Source of the DNA: Candidatus Obscuribacterales bacterium
GTDB lineage: Bacteria > Cyanobacteriota > Vampirovibrionia > Obscuribacterales > Obscuribacteraceae
Assembly (NCBI GenBank): GCA_021732025.1
Contig: JAKFVU010000080.1
Span: 162,656-226,655, forward strand
DNA length: 64,000 nucleotides
Reading direction: 5' to 3'
Shown here: positions 43,599 through 52,682 of the stretch, piece by piece
Numbering within the stretch: position 1 is the first letter of the stretch
How the letters are laid out: each line of letters begins with the position of its first letter
The notes under the pieces: model-generated
Databases searched by the model: none
Seen by the model: the letters and a program-made list of their open reading frames with translations, nothing else
Told to the model about the DNA's origin: nothing
Made by a program: the position numbers and the translations under genes

Positions 43599-45012
43599 AC
43601 AATTGGCTCCAAAAGAACGTCGATTAAAACGTAAGGTTGATGAAAGACTTAAGCTAGCTATCAAACGATATTATTTGAAAGACTAGCGAAAGATTGGCAG
43701 ACAGCACAGGTTTCCAGGCGCAAAGCCAGGAATTTAAAACACTAGAGATAAACCGTATTTGGTACTAAAAGAATTTTTGCCTCCGAGGAGATGCGAGAAA
43801 GAAAACGAATATGTTTTAGTTCTACGCCTATCAATAGAGCGCAGTCAAATTGATTAAAAAGCAGTCTCTACCCCATTTATCAACTTGATTAAAGCCAACT
43901 ACCGAAGCTGCAAACTGCCGTGCAAAGAGCATCGACGAAAGACAAGCGCTGCTGATTTCGCCCCCAAATGCGGTGGCAACTTTTACCTCCCAATTTCCAA
44001 GAGCAAAAATTGACGAAAAATTGATCTGGCGCACCCTGCGCTCACACTTTCACCAAACCGTCAAAAGACGTACCAGTCAGCATATACAGACACGAACATG
44101 CATATAGCTGCGCCACATCGACAGCCTAGTGAAAGATTTAGCGCTACCATATACGCCACCACAAGTGCTATCGCATACGCCACCACAGCAGCATGCAAAG
44201 AGCACTGTTCCCAAAATTTGCCAATGATACTATCCACGTTTTCTAAGAAAACGCGGCAATGCAGTAGCCACTACCAGTAGTACCAGATAAAAAACGTACT
44301 AATCATAGACGCAAGCAGTCAGACAGCCAGAGCAGCGCGGAGGGCCTTTAATAGCCCTTGCAACAGTTCATAAGACATTTCCCTAGAAGGGGTCTTCATG
44401 CTTTAGCCAGCGATAACATCACTGCCTTGATTCATTTTTTTTGTAGAACAAGAAACTGGTGCATTCTGCTTCTTGTTCAGGTGCTGCGACAGGCAGGCCC
44501 TTTGTATGGGAATCCGGACTAAAGGGTAGATTGCCTCATGTCGTCATGCATGAAGTAGATTAGACCCATTTTCCTTCAGCGAGCTTTCTAGTCACGAACA
44601 GTTGCTCAAGGCATGCCAGACATACATTCACAGCGTGTACTGCTCCTAGCTAGCGCTACCACTCGACAAGCCCAAAACCCCATGATTAGCCTATTTAGCG
44701 TTATTTTGCACGGACATACCAACGTGACAGATAGGCCATTGTCTTTGTAACAAGCTCTACATTAACCACTCTTCAAGACTAAGAATGACATATTCCGCCT
44801 GAAGCCTTGAACTCGAGACATGTATTTAATAGGGTCATGTATTCTTTCTTCTCTCTTTCATCACAGCAGTTTTCCAGCCAAAAATCCTCGCCAGTAACCA
44901 GCATCAGCCTCTTACTTCCCCAAATGCGGAAGTAGATATAGCTGAAGCTTAGGTGAACACTTGGTGAAGCCTAAACTACCCCAAAACTATCATCATTACC
45001 GAAGGAACCCAT

Positions 45013-45402
45013 ATGTTCTGGATCATCGCAATTGTGCTTTTCGCCATCTTCGTCTCGCCCCTGCTCCTCGACCCCCGCCGCGCTCAACGTCGCAACGCCA
45101 ACACCGCCGACGACTTGATCGCCCAAGCCGGTTCCGAATACCTGCGTGGTATGAACGATCAGGCATTCATGCACTACCGTCAGGCCCGCGACATCGCTGG
45201 CGCCAACGGCGCCTATCTGCTCGAAGCGGAAGGCAACTACGGCATGGCTCAGGTTTACGAACGCCGCCAAGACTACAACTCGGCTGCGGCATGTCTGCGC
45301 GCCTGCCTGGCCAATCGTGCTCACTGGCAAGACTACAAGCCTAACTATGCTTCGCTCATCGAGAGACATCTCGCCGAAGTCGAAGCGAAACTCAAGCCCT
45401 AA
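45013..45402 (+). CDS. small membrane-anchored TPR-like protein
   Basis: 129 aa with AAGGA upstream. N-terminal TM (FWIIAIVLFAIFVSPLLL) followed by two TPR-like units. C-ending codons identify this frame over 44961..45344 and 44971..45369. Confidence 0.55.
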   Translation: MFWIIAIVLFAIFVSPLLLDPRRAQRRNANTADDLIAQAGSEYLRGMNDQAFMHYRQARDIAGANGAYLLEAEGNYGMAQVYERRQDYNSAAACLRACLANRAHWQDYKPNYASLIERHLAEVEAKLKP

Positions 45403-45438
45403 ACAATTCCAATCATCAATCCTGAAAGGGTAACAAGC

Positions 45439-45666
45439 ATGGAAGCATTATTTGCTGCCGGTGCTCTTGCAGCACTGCTCTACATCGTTCTCGTGGTGGT
45501 CCTTCTGGCCGCCTGGATTCACGGACTGGTGTTGGCCTTCCGCGCCAACATCTTCCTCGGCATTCTCTGCCTGCTGGTGCAGGTTCCGTTGGTGCTGATC
45601 GGCATCATCTACTGGATCTTCGGATTCGATATCCCCGCGGCCTTGGTGCGCGCCCTGCGCAACTAA
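45439..45666 (+). CDS. small membrane protein (2-3 TM)
   Basis: 75 aa, almost entirely hydrophobic. Lies 36 nt after the previous gene and shows the same codon bias. Confidence 0.5.
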   Translation: MEALFAAGALAALLYIVLVVVLLAAWIHGLVLAFRANIFLGILCLLVQVPLVLIGIIYWIFGFDIPAALVRALRN

Positions 45667-45829
45667 CGCTGATCATTCGTCTCGGTTAAACGTCTCAAAC
45701 TAGAACACTAACGATGCACTCCTGCAAGAGCTTTCGAGCCCTTGCAGGAGGCACTTCTCTTGCAAAAAACCTCTCCTCTACTTCTTTTGATAGTAAAAAG
45801 AATTGAAAACACACCAAATATGGTGATAC

Positions 45830-46468
45830 TTAAGTCCAAGTGTGCCGATTATCGAAATAGGTTGCTTGGCGAGTCGGATACTTTTCTCTAAATTCAGCAT
45901 AGCGCTTGCGCAACTGCTCGTAGCGTCTATCTGAAGAAATAATTTTCTTGTGCGGATAATCTACAAGAAAATTCTCCACCTTCGACATTTTTGTTTTTGC
46001 AAATCGCCAATCATAGCGGCCAAGATCTGTTAGGTCAGCAACCGCGTACCCGGTGATGCGACCAGTAAAGTCTACATACGGGTCAAAATAACTAAGCGCT
46101 AAATCACGGGCGCTGCGAAAAATCGGCTTGCGGCCATGTAAGCCAGCATCGCGAGAGCGCGCGACTGAGCCCCAACCACTGGCGCTTTTATATACAAAAA
46201 TGACATGGTCAAGATGGTCTGCCGATTCAAGACTCATAAGCCAAGGTGGATAACCATGTTGCTCGAGAATGACAGCTGCCACCAATGAAGTCTCAAGACA
46301 GTGACCTTTCTTGCGCCGTACTACCTGACGAAAAGACAGAACCGTTTCGCCCTCTTCTTCAAAATTGTAAGAAATGGTGCGCAAGTATTGCTGTACCTGA
46401 CGCGGTGTTCGATGATTCTGAATTACAGTCCATTCGCCTTTAGTAAACTGATCCCGGTCTGGCTTCAT
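45830..46468 (-). CDS. transglutaminase-like cysteine-peptidase-fold protein (tentative)
   Basis: 212 aa with a candidate Cys/His/Asp arrangement: KGHCLETSLVAAVILEQHG ... LDHVIFVY ... GWGSVARSRD. Confidence 0.45.
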   Translation of the reverse strand: MKPDRDQFTKGEWTVIQNHRTPRQVQQYLRTISYNFEEEGETVLSFRQVVRRKKGHCLETSLVAAVILEQHGYPPWLMSLESADHLDHVIFVYKSASGWGSVARSRDAGLHGRKPIFRSARDLALSYFDPYVDFTGRITGYAVADLTDLGRYDWRFAKTKMSKVENFLVDYPHKKIISSDRRYEQLRKRYAEFREKYPTRQATYFDNRHTWT

Positions 46469-46648
46469 TTATTGGTTCCAATAGCAATGATGTAGCAATG
46501 AATTGCTGCTGCATACTATATCGTAGCTGCTTGCCGCTAGACAACAGATGCTGCAGCGCTCTTTTGCGAAGGCAACGACAAAAAAATATCTGCTCAGCAT
46601 AGAGACGCTCTGAGCAGATACTTTCGCAGCTAATACTGGCGCTTGAGA

Positions 46649-46909
46649 CTAACCCATAAGGCCTTGCATTTTACGCTCTCTCTCTCGTTCTCGATCGTTG
46701 CGGCGTTTACGCGAGCGCTTCAATTCTTCAACGGGCAAGCCCATCTGAATCGACATTGCTTCTAAAATGACGTTCTGAGAACGAGCTTGTGAGCCAGCCC
46801 CGGCCAAGGCATCAGCCCATGCGTAACGCACTTTCACGCGGTGGGTTGAGCAGTGATTGAGTGATTGTTCTAGATCATCGATTTGAAGAAGCACTGGTTC
46901 AGCCGCCAA
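46649..46909 (-). CDS. small hypothetical protein with basic C-terminus
   Basis: 86-aa ORF with a KRSRKRRNDRERERERK tail. Confidence 0.4.
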   Translation of the reverse strand: MAAEPVLLQIDDLEQSLNHCSTHRVKVRYAWADALAGAGSQARSQNVILEAMSIQMGLPVEELKRSRKRRNDRERERERKMQGLMG

Positions 46910-46969
46910 GACAGCCTCTCTATGCGATTTAATAGCTTCAATTAGCTGCGGGTAGTCATGCAGTTTCTC

Positions 46970-47446
46970 TTAAATTTTCACTTGCTCATCATGCAAAACA
47001 GTTGGCTCTACATAACGTTTGCAAAGCGGAATAGAACTGACAACTTCACTGGAACTAGCCAGCGCAGCATTCTCTATTTCTTCTAAAAGAGTCTCTACTG
47101 CTCGTTCAGCCTTTCTTGCTTCGATCAAACGCCTAGACAAAATCGTTTGCAAATTTGTCATTTCTTCTTGCACAATTTGCGTAACTTGCTCATGCTCGGC
47201 ATCAACAGCGGCAATCAATTTCTCATAGGCTGGTTTTAGTTCGTTTAAAACACTCCTTTTATTTTCAGCAGCAGCGAAACGCTCCACTAAATCTTGCAAA
47301 CGCCCGATTGCAGCCACAGAACTGACTGCCAGACTCTCTTGCAGAGAAACAGTTTGTTGTTCTGCGGTTGCTACCATATTCACTGTATTCACTGTGTCCG
47401 CGTTAATCATCTTGCGCCATCCGTGGGTTACTTGCCATGGCAACAA
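46970..47446 (-). CDS. hypothetical coiled-coil protein
   Basis: 158-aa ORF with an alternative ATG at 47410. Heptad-like Glu/Leu/Ala-rich sequence. Confidence 0.45.
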   Translation of the reverse strand: MLPWQVTHGWRKMINADTVNTVNMVATAEQQTVSLQESLAVSSVAAIGRLQDLVERFAAAENKRSVLNELKPAYEKLIAAVDAEHEQVTQIVQEEMTNLQTILSRRLIEARKAERAVETLLEEIENAALASSSEVVSSIPLCKRYVEPTVLHDEQVKI

Positions 47447-47963
47447 GCATCGCGGCGATCATGTGAAAAACCCGTGATAAAACAGCCTTGACAACCACGT
47501 AAGGCTACTAAGAAAGGCGTAATAATTGAGAAAAATCATGGTGCTTTTCCCACTGTCATCAAAATTACTTCAATACTAAAGGTGAAATGCGATTTAGTTG
47601 CGAGCTTTTTTGCGGCGCCTCAAATCAACTTTCCAATTAGCAGATTCGTCGCATAATAACTACCGCGAAAGCATGACTAGTAACATCTCTCTACGGTTGA
47701 CATAGCTTGTACAGCAGTAACACAGAAGATTAGACACTCTCTAATTTAGAAGGCTTCATGAAAGCTGAATCACCACACCTAGCTTAATAGTGTTACTAGG
47801 TCTTTCTTTCATCCCCTCTCCCTCGCTAAATACTTCCAAAACCAAAGCCCTTGAACTTTCACCCCGAATTTTTTTCACAGATTGTGATCGGGATGTTTAC
47901 GGTTTTGTCATGGCGGTAAAGGACAACGCGAGGGCTCATCGACGTCTATTCACGGAGCATGCA

Positions 47964-50831
47964 ATGCATCTGACCCCGAATAAAGCAACACACAACACCA
48001 TAACTCCCGCCATCTTCAACCCTGCCGGCGCAGTGTTTCTCTTCCCCGAAGCATACGCGGCATTCGCTACTCACGATAACGCCAGCCTCACCAGCAAACA
48101 GCGCGAAGAAATGCGCGCACTTCTCGGCGGTAAGGGCGCCGGTCTTGCCGAAATGACTGCCAGTGGCGTCAGCGTTCCTCCCGGTCTGACTATCACCACA
48201 GCTTCGTGCTTGGCTTACTATGCTGGCGGTTCAAAATTGCCCGAGGGCCTCTTCGAGCAAGTTCTGAGCAAGTTGACCGAAGTTGAAGCCGCCCTTGACC
48301 GCCGCCTTGGCGACGTTAAGAAGCCGCTTCTGCTCTCAGTGCGTTCTGGTGCCAAGTTTTCTATGCCTGGCATGATGGACACCATTCTCAACCTCGGCCT
48401 CAATGACGCCACCGTCAAAGCCTTGGCCAAAGCCACCGACAATCCGCGTTTCGCCTGGGACAGCTATCGGCGCTTCATCCAGATGTACGGCAATGTCGTG
48501 CTCGATATCTCCAAAGAGAGCTTCGAGCATTTGCTGCACGACCTGAAGACCACCAGCGGCGTGACGCAAGACAACGAGCTTACCGCAACCAACCTGAAAG
48601 AACTGGTGCGGCGCTACAAAGAACTGGTGTTGAAGGAGACGGGCACGCCCTTCCCCACTGACACCAGCGAACAGCTCTACGGCGCCGTTGAAGCGGTGTT
48701 TCGCTCGTGGAATAACCCACGCGCCATCTACTACCGCAACCTCAACAAGATTGACCACAATCTGGGCACCGCGGTAACTGTGCAATCGATGGTCTTCGGC
48801 AACCTCGACGACCAGTCGGCCACAGGGGTTTGCTTTACTCGCAACCCCAGCACCGGCGAGAAAACCCTCTACGGCGAATATCTGGTGCGTGCCCAAGGCG
48901 AAGACGTCGTCGCTGGCATCCGCACCCCCAAGAAAATTGCCGACATGGCAGTCGAACTACCCGCGGTTTACGCTGAGCTGGTGGCAACTGTGGCACGGCT
49001 GGAAGACCACTATAGCGACATGCAAGACATCGAGTTCACCGTCGAAAGCGGCAAGCTCTACATTTTGCAGACCCGCACCGGCAAGCGCACGGCTGAAGCC
49101 GCTGTTCGCGTCGCCATCGAACTGGCTGAAGAAGGCATCCTCAGCCGCAGCGCTGCTCTGATGCGCGTCGACCCGATTCAGCTCAATCAGCTGCTCTTGC
49201 CCAGCTTCCATGACCAAGAGAAAGACGCCGCCAAGAAAGATGGTCGTCTGCTCGCTACCGGTCTCAATGCCTCGCCTGGTGCAGCGATTGGCGAAATCGT
49301 CTTCGACCCCAACGAAGCCGAAAAGCGCGGCAGTGCCGGCGAAAAGGTCATTCTGGTGCGGGTTGAAACTTGCCCTGATGACATTCACGGCATCGTGCCC
49401 GCTCAAGGCATTATCACCAGCCGCGGTGGCATGACCAGTCACGCTGCAGTGGTTGCTCGTGGCATGGGCAAGCCTTGCGTCGCCGGTTGCGAATCGTTCC
49501 GCATCGACCTCGACAAAGAGCTTGTGCAGGTGGCTGGCCAGACCCTGAAGAAGGGCGACATCATTTCTATCGATGGTTCGACTGGCGAAATCTTCATCGG
49601 CGCCATTGCCACTCGCCAGGTTGGTCTATCTGAGCAGTTCCAAAAACTGCTTGCATGGGCCGATCTGGAGCGCCAGCTCGATGTGCGCGCCAATGCCGAT
49701 ACCCCGCAAGATGCTCGTGTGGCTCGTCAGTTCGGTGCTCAAGGCATCGGCTTGTGCCGCACCGAGCACATGTTCATGAGCCAAGATCGTCTTCCCGTCG
49801 TGCAAGAGATGATTCTGGCCACGAGCCTGGCTGATCGCCAAGCAGCCCTGGACAGACTGTTGCCCATGCAGCGCGAAGACTTCGCTGGTTTGTTCACCGC
49901 CATGAATGGCCTGCCAGTGACCATTCGCCTGCTCGATCCGCCTCTTCACGAGTTTCTTCCCAAGCTGGAAGAATTGGTGGCAGAAGTGGCAACCCTCAAG
50001 GCCAATGCCAAGAATCGGGCACAGACAGCTCGATTCAAGGTGACAAAGGTGCGGGAAGCAAAGGCGCTGGCCACCCAAGAAAACCTCTTGGCCAAAGTGC
50101 ATGAGCTGCACGAGACCAACCCCATGATGGGTTTGCGTGGCTGCCGCCTGGGCCTGGTCTACCCTGAAATCAACGTCATGCAGGTGCGAGCCATTTTCGA
50201 AGCGGCGATTGCGGTGAAGGCACAAGGAGTGATTGTCGAGCCCGAAATCATGATTCCGCTGATTGGTCACGTGGAAGAGCTCAAGGCCGCCCGTGAAGTG
50301 CTGGAAAAGGTCGCTCGCGAGGTCATGGATGCTGCTGAAGTCACTATCGACTACAAGTTCGGCACCATGATTGAGATTCCGCGGGCGGCCCTCACAGCTG
50401 ACGAGATCGCACAGTACGCAGAGTTCTTCAGCTTCGGCACCAACGACCTGACGCAGATGACTTTCGGCTACAGCCGCGACGACGCTGAAGGAAAGTTCTT
50501 GCAGCACTATCTCGGTGGCGTCGAAGTGAACGGCGAGAAGCGCAAGATTCTCGAGGACAATCCCTTTGCCATACTCGACCGCAAGGGCGTCGGCAAATTG
50601 ATGCGCATGGCTGTCGAAGATGGTCGGGCGCAACGTCCCAACATCAAGCTTGGTATCTGCGGCGAACATGGCGGCGACCCGAGCTCGATTGCGTTTGCTC
50701 ACAAGCTTGGCCTGACCTATGTCAGCTGCTCGCCATATCGCGTTCCTGTAGCCCGCTTGGCTGCGGCTCAGGCGACCATTATCGAGCGGGCCGAGAAAGC
50801 GGGCGCAACCACCTCACAGCGCGACAAATAA
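47964..50831 (+). CDS. ppdK: pyruvate, phosphate dikinase
   Basis: LLGGKGAGLAEM, the phospho-His motif GGMTSHAAVVARGMGKPCV, CRTEHMF and ICGEHGGDP. The ATG at 47964 has GGAG upstream. The ORF-track extension back to 47790 is rejected. Confidence 0.92.
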   Translation: MHLTPNKATHNTITPAIFNPAGAVFLFPEAYAAFATHDNASLTSKQREEMRALLGGKGAGLAEMTASGVSVPPGLTITTASCLAYYAGGSKLPEGLFEQVLSKLTEVEAALDRRLGDVKKPLLLSVRSGAKFSMPGMMDTILNLGLNDATVKALAKATDNPRFAWDSYRRFIQMYGNVVLDISKESFEHLLHDLKTTSGVTQDNELTATNLKELVRRYKELVLKETGTPFPTDTSEQLYGAVEAVFRSWNNPRAIYYRNLNKIDHNLGTAVTVQSMVFGNLDDQSATGVCFTRNPSTGEKTLYGEYLVRAQGEDVVAGIRTPKKIADMAVELPAVYAELVATVARLEDHYSDMQDIEFTVESGKLYILQTRTGKRTAEAAVRVAIELAEEGILSRSAALMRVDPIQLNQLLLPSFHDQEKDAAKKDGRLLATGLNASPGAAIGEIVFDPNEAEKRGSAGEKVILVRVETCPDDIHGIVPAQGIITSRGGMTSHAAVVARGMGKPCVAGCESFRIDLDKELVQVAGQTLKKGDIISIDGSTGEIFIGAIATRQVGLSEQFQKLLAWADLERQLDVRANADTPQDARVARQFGAQGIGLCRTEHMFMSQDRLPVVQEMILATSLADRQAALDRLLPMQREDFAGLFTAMNGLPVTIRLLDPPLHEFLPKLEELVAEVATLKANAKNRAQTARFKVTKVREAKALATQENLLAKVHELHETNPMMGLRGCRLGLVYPEINVMQVRAIFEAAIAVKAQGVIVEPEIMIPLIGHVEELKAAREVLEKVAREVMDAAEVTIDYKFGTMIEIPRAALTADEIAQYAEFFSFGTNDLTQMTFGYSRDDAEGKFLQHYLGGVEVNGEKRKILEDNPFAILDRKGVGKLMRMAVEDGRAQRPNIKLGICGEHGGDPSSIAFAHKLGLTYVSCSPYRVPVARLAAAQATIIERAEKAGATTSQRDK

Positions 50832-50840
50832 GCTTCCTCT

Positions 50841-50892
50841 AGAAGAAGAAGAAGAAGAAGAAGAAGAAGAACAAAAACAAGAAGAAGAAGAG
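50841..50892. repeat. (AAG)n trinucleotide microsatellite, about 10 units + CAAAAAC + about 4 units
   Basis: AGAAGAAGAAGAAGAAGAAGAAGAAGAAGAA CAAAAAC AAGAAGAAGAAGAG, starting 10 nt after the ppdK stop. Confidence 0.97.
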
Positions 50893-50920
50893 CGCTGCCA
50901 ACTTGTTAGTTAACTTGGAT

Positions 50921-50969
50921 GGCCTGAAATCACGTGAAACTTCACAATGATTTCAGGCCATTTCTTTTT
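50921..50969 (+). terminator. Rho-independent terminator after ppdK
   Basis: 12-bp perfect stem GGCCTGAAATCA/TGATTTCAGGCC followed by ATTTCTTTTT. Confidence 0.85.
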
Positions 50970-51245
50970 CAGATGTAATACCACTCGTAATATCACTTTT
51001 GCCGCTGGCAAAACCACAAATGCTATCTAGTCATACGTACCCAGCCCTGGCTGATTTTTAAAAGAACAAATATACTACTTTTAATAGTAAATAATTTTTG
51101 TCAATCAGGGCTATATTACGCATAGCTCAACAGAATCGACTGTGGAACAATGAAACTGGCCGATCCGTAATTTGAACCATAAAACTACTTCGTTGCAACT
51201 TTTCAGCCATGAAAAATTCAAAGGTACAAAGGTACAAAGCTACGA

Positions 51246-52682
51246 ATGCAAAACCATCAACACGCAGAAAACCTAGCACCTGCAGTTGAGCTGCTGCCAG
51301 ACATTTTGTGGATAGTAGAATCAACCAGCCAGATAAGTTATAGCAACAGACACTGGCTAGACTTTGCTGGTATCTCAGAGCAAAATCCCACAAGCAAACT
51401 GACCTTTCCACCGATGTCAGCTACCCACGTGTCCGATTACAACCTAGTGCTCAGCCTCTGGAAAGATGCACTTCAAACTAAACAACCTTTCAATGCCGAA
51501 GTAAGACTGTTAAAAAACGACGGCAATTACGTCTGGCATTTAATGCGCGCCTGTCCCAATCTTAAATCAGGAAATTGGCTCGTCATCTGTACTGAAATAC
51601 ACTCATTGAAGACCGTCCAATCGATGTTTCAATTGGTGCTAGATAACATTCCAATTTCGATTTTCTGGAAAGACCGAGACTCAAAATATTTAGGCTGCAA
51701 CCAACTTTTCGCTAATGACATGGGTTCTAAGACAACCACAGCATTGCTCGGAAAGAGCGACTACGACACCGCCTCAAGTAAAGAGCAGTGTGAATTCTTC
51801 ATCGCCTGCGATCAAAAGGTTATGGAGTCAGGAGCTGCCGAATACCACATCATCGAACCGCAGACCAGGGCCAACGGCAAACAAGCCTGGCTCGACACCA
51901 GCAAAATTCCACTGCACGATGCCGGGGGTAAAGTTGTTGGACTACTTGGAGTCTATGAAGACATCACAGAGCGTGTCACAGTTGATCACCAGCGTGATGA
52001 TTTTATTGCTACTCTAACTCACGATTTAAAGAACCCTCTACTTGGCACCAACAGGGTTCTAGACTTGTTTCTAGACGGACAATTGGGTCAATGCGATGAC
52101 AACCAGCAGAAAATAATTTCGCAGATTAAAGACAGTAATGATGCTCTCATTGGCATGATTGAAAATCTGCTGCTTGTATACAAAGGTGAATCGCAAGCTT
52201 TGCTAATGGGAAGCGAAAAAATCGATCTGTGTGAAATGCTCGAACGCATGATTAAGCGCAACGAAATCAATGCCAAACAAAAGGAAAGCAATCTTACGCT
52301 AAGCAAGCTCACTGACCAAGCTCTGATAGATGGCAAAAATCACTCAATCGAGAGAGTAGTGCAAAATTTGCTCGACAATGCCTTCAAGTTTACGGGCCGA
52401 AATGGCAACATCAGTGTAACTCTAGAACGCGTTGGCGATAACTATCAAATAACTGTTGCCGACGACGGTCCAGGAATCAAACAGGAAGATCAAGAGAAAC
52501 TTTTCAATCGCTTCTGGCAGGGCACCCCCGGTAAGAAGTATACCCACGGAACAGGACTAGGCCTCTATCTCTGCAAACAAATTGTGGAAGCACATCAGGG
52601 CAAAATTACTTGTCAGAGCGAGCCAGCAAACGGTACCAAGTTCATAGTTACACTGCCGCAAAGATCGCAAAGTGAGACCTAA
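51246..52682 (+). CDS. soluble PAS-domain sensor histidine kinase
   Basis: 478 aa with no TM segment. Two PAS-like regions, H-box FIATLTHDLKNPL, N-box LLDNAFKF, and G-boxes DDGPGI / GTGLGL. Confidence 0.85.
   Translation: MQNHQHAENLAPAVELLPDILWIVESTSQISYSNRHWLDFAGISEQNPTSKLTFPPMSATHVSDYNLVLSLWKDALQTKQPFNAEVRLLKNDGNYVWHLMRACPNLKSGNWLVICTEIHSLKTVQSMFQLVLDNIPISIFWKDRDSKYLGCNQLFANDMGSKTTTALLGKSDYDTASSKEQCEFFIACDQKVMESGAAEYHIIEPQTRANGKQAWLDTSKIPLHDAGGKVVGLLGVYEDITERVTVDHQRDDFIATLTHDLKNPLLGTNRVLDLFLDGQLGQCDDNQQKIISQIKDSNDALIGMIENLLLVYKGESQALLMGSEKIDLCEMLERMIKRNEINAKQKESNLTLSKLTDQALIDGKNHSIERVVQNLLDNAFKFTGRNGNISVTLERVGDNYQITVADDGPGIKQEDQEKLFNRFWQGTPGKKYTHGTGLGLYLCKQIVEAHQGKITCQSEPANGTKFIVTLPQRSQSET

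Noticed and set aside
43831-44280. Short ORFs 43831..44034 (minus) and 44098..44280 (plus) inside the gap
   Set aside because: They have no SD, odd composition and an internal 24-bp periodic repeat. They are barely above the 60-aa reporting threshold. I treat them as non-coding.
43599-45012. Known housekeeping RNAs (RNase P, tmRNA, SRP/4.5S, 6S) in the long ORF-free gaps. I also checked 33399..34462 and 63195..64000.
   Set aside because: I found none of the conserved strings I know for these RNAs (GAGGAAAGTCCGG, a tmRNA-type GGGG start with a TCCACCA end, the SRP GGAA/AGCAG tetraloop context). A covariance-model scan is needed to settle this.
44961-45369. ORFs 44961..45344 (plus) and 44971..45369 (minus) overlapping 45013..45402
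   Set aside because: They give Arg/Pro-rich and Val/Gly-rich translations with no start context. The frame at 45013 has an SD, a TM helix, a TPR-like fold and the C-ending codon pattern.
47790-47963. ORF-track extension of ppdK by 58 codons upstream
   Set aside because: The extension has no similarity to PPDK N-termini and no SD. The ATG at 47964 is preceded by GGAG and gives a normal-length enzyme.
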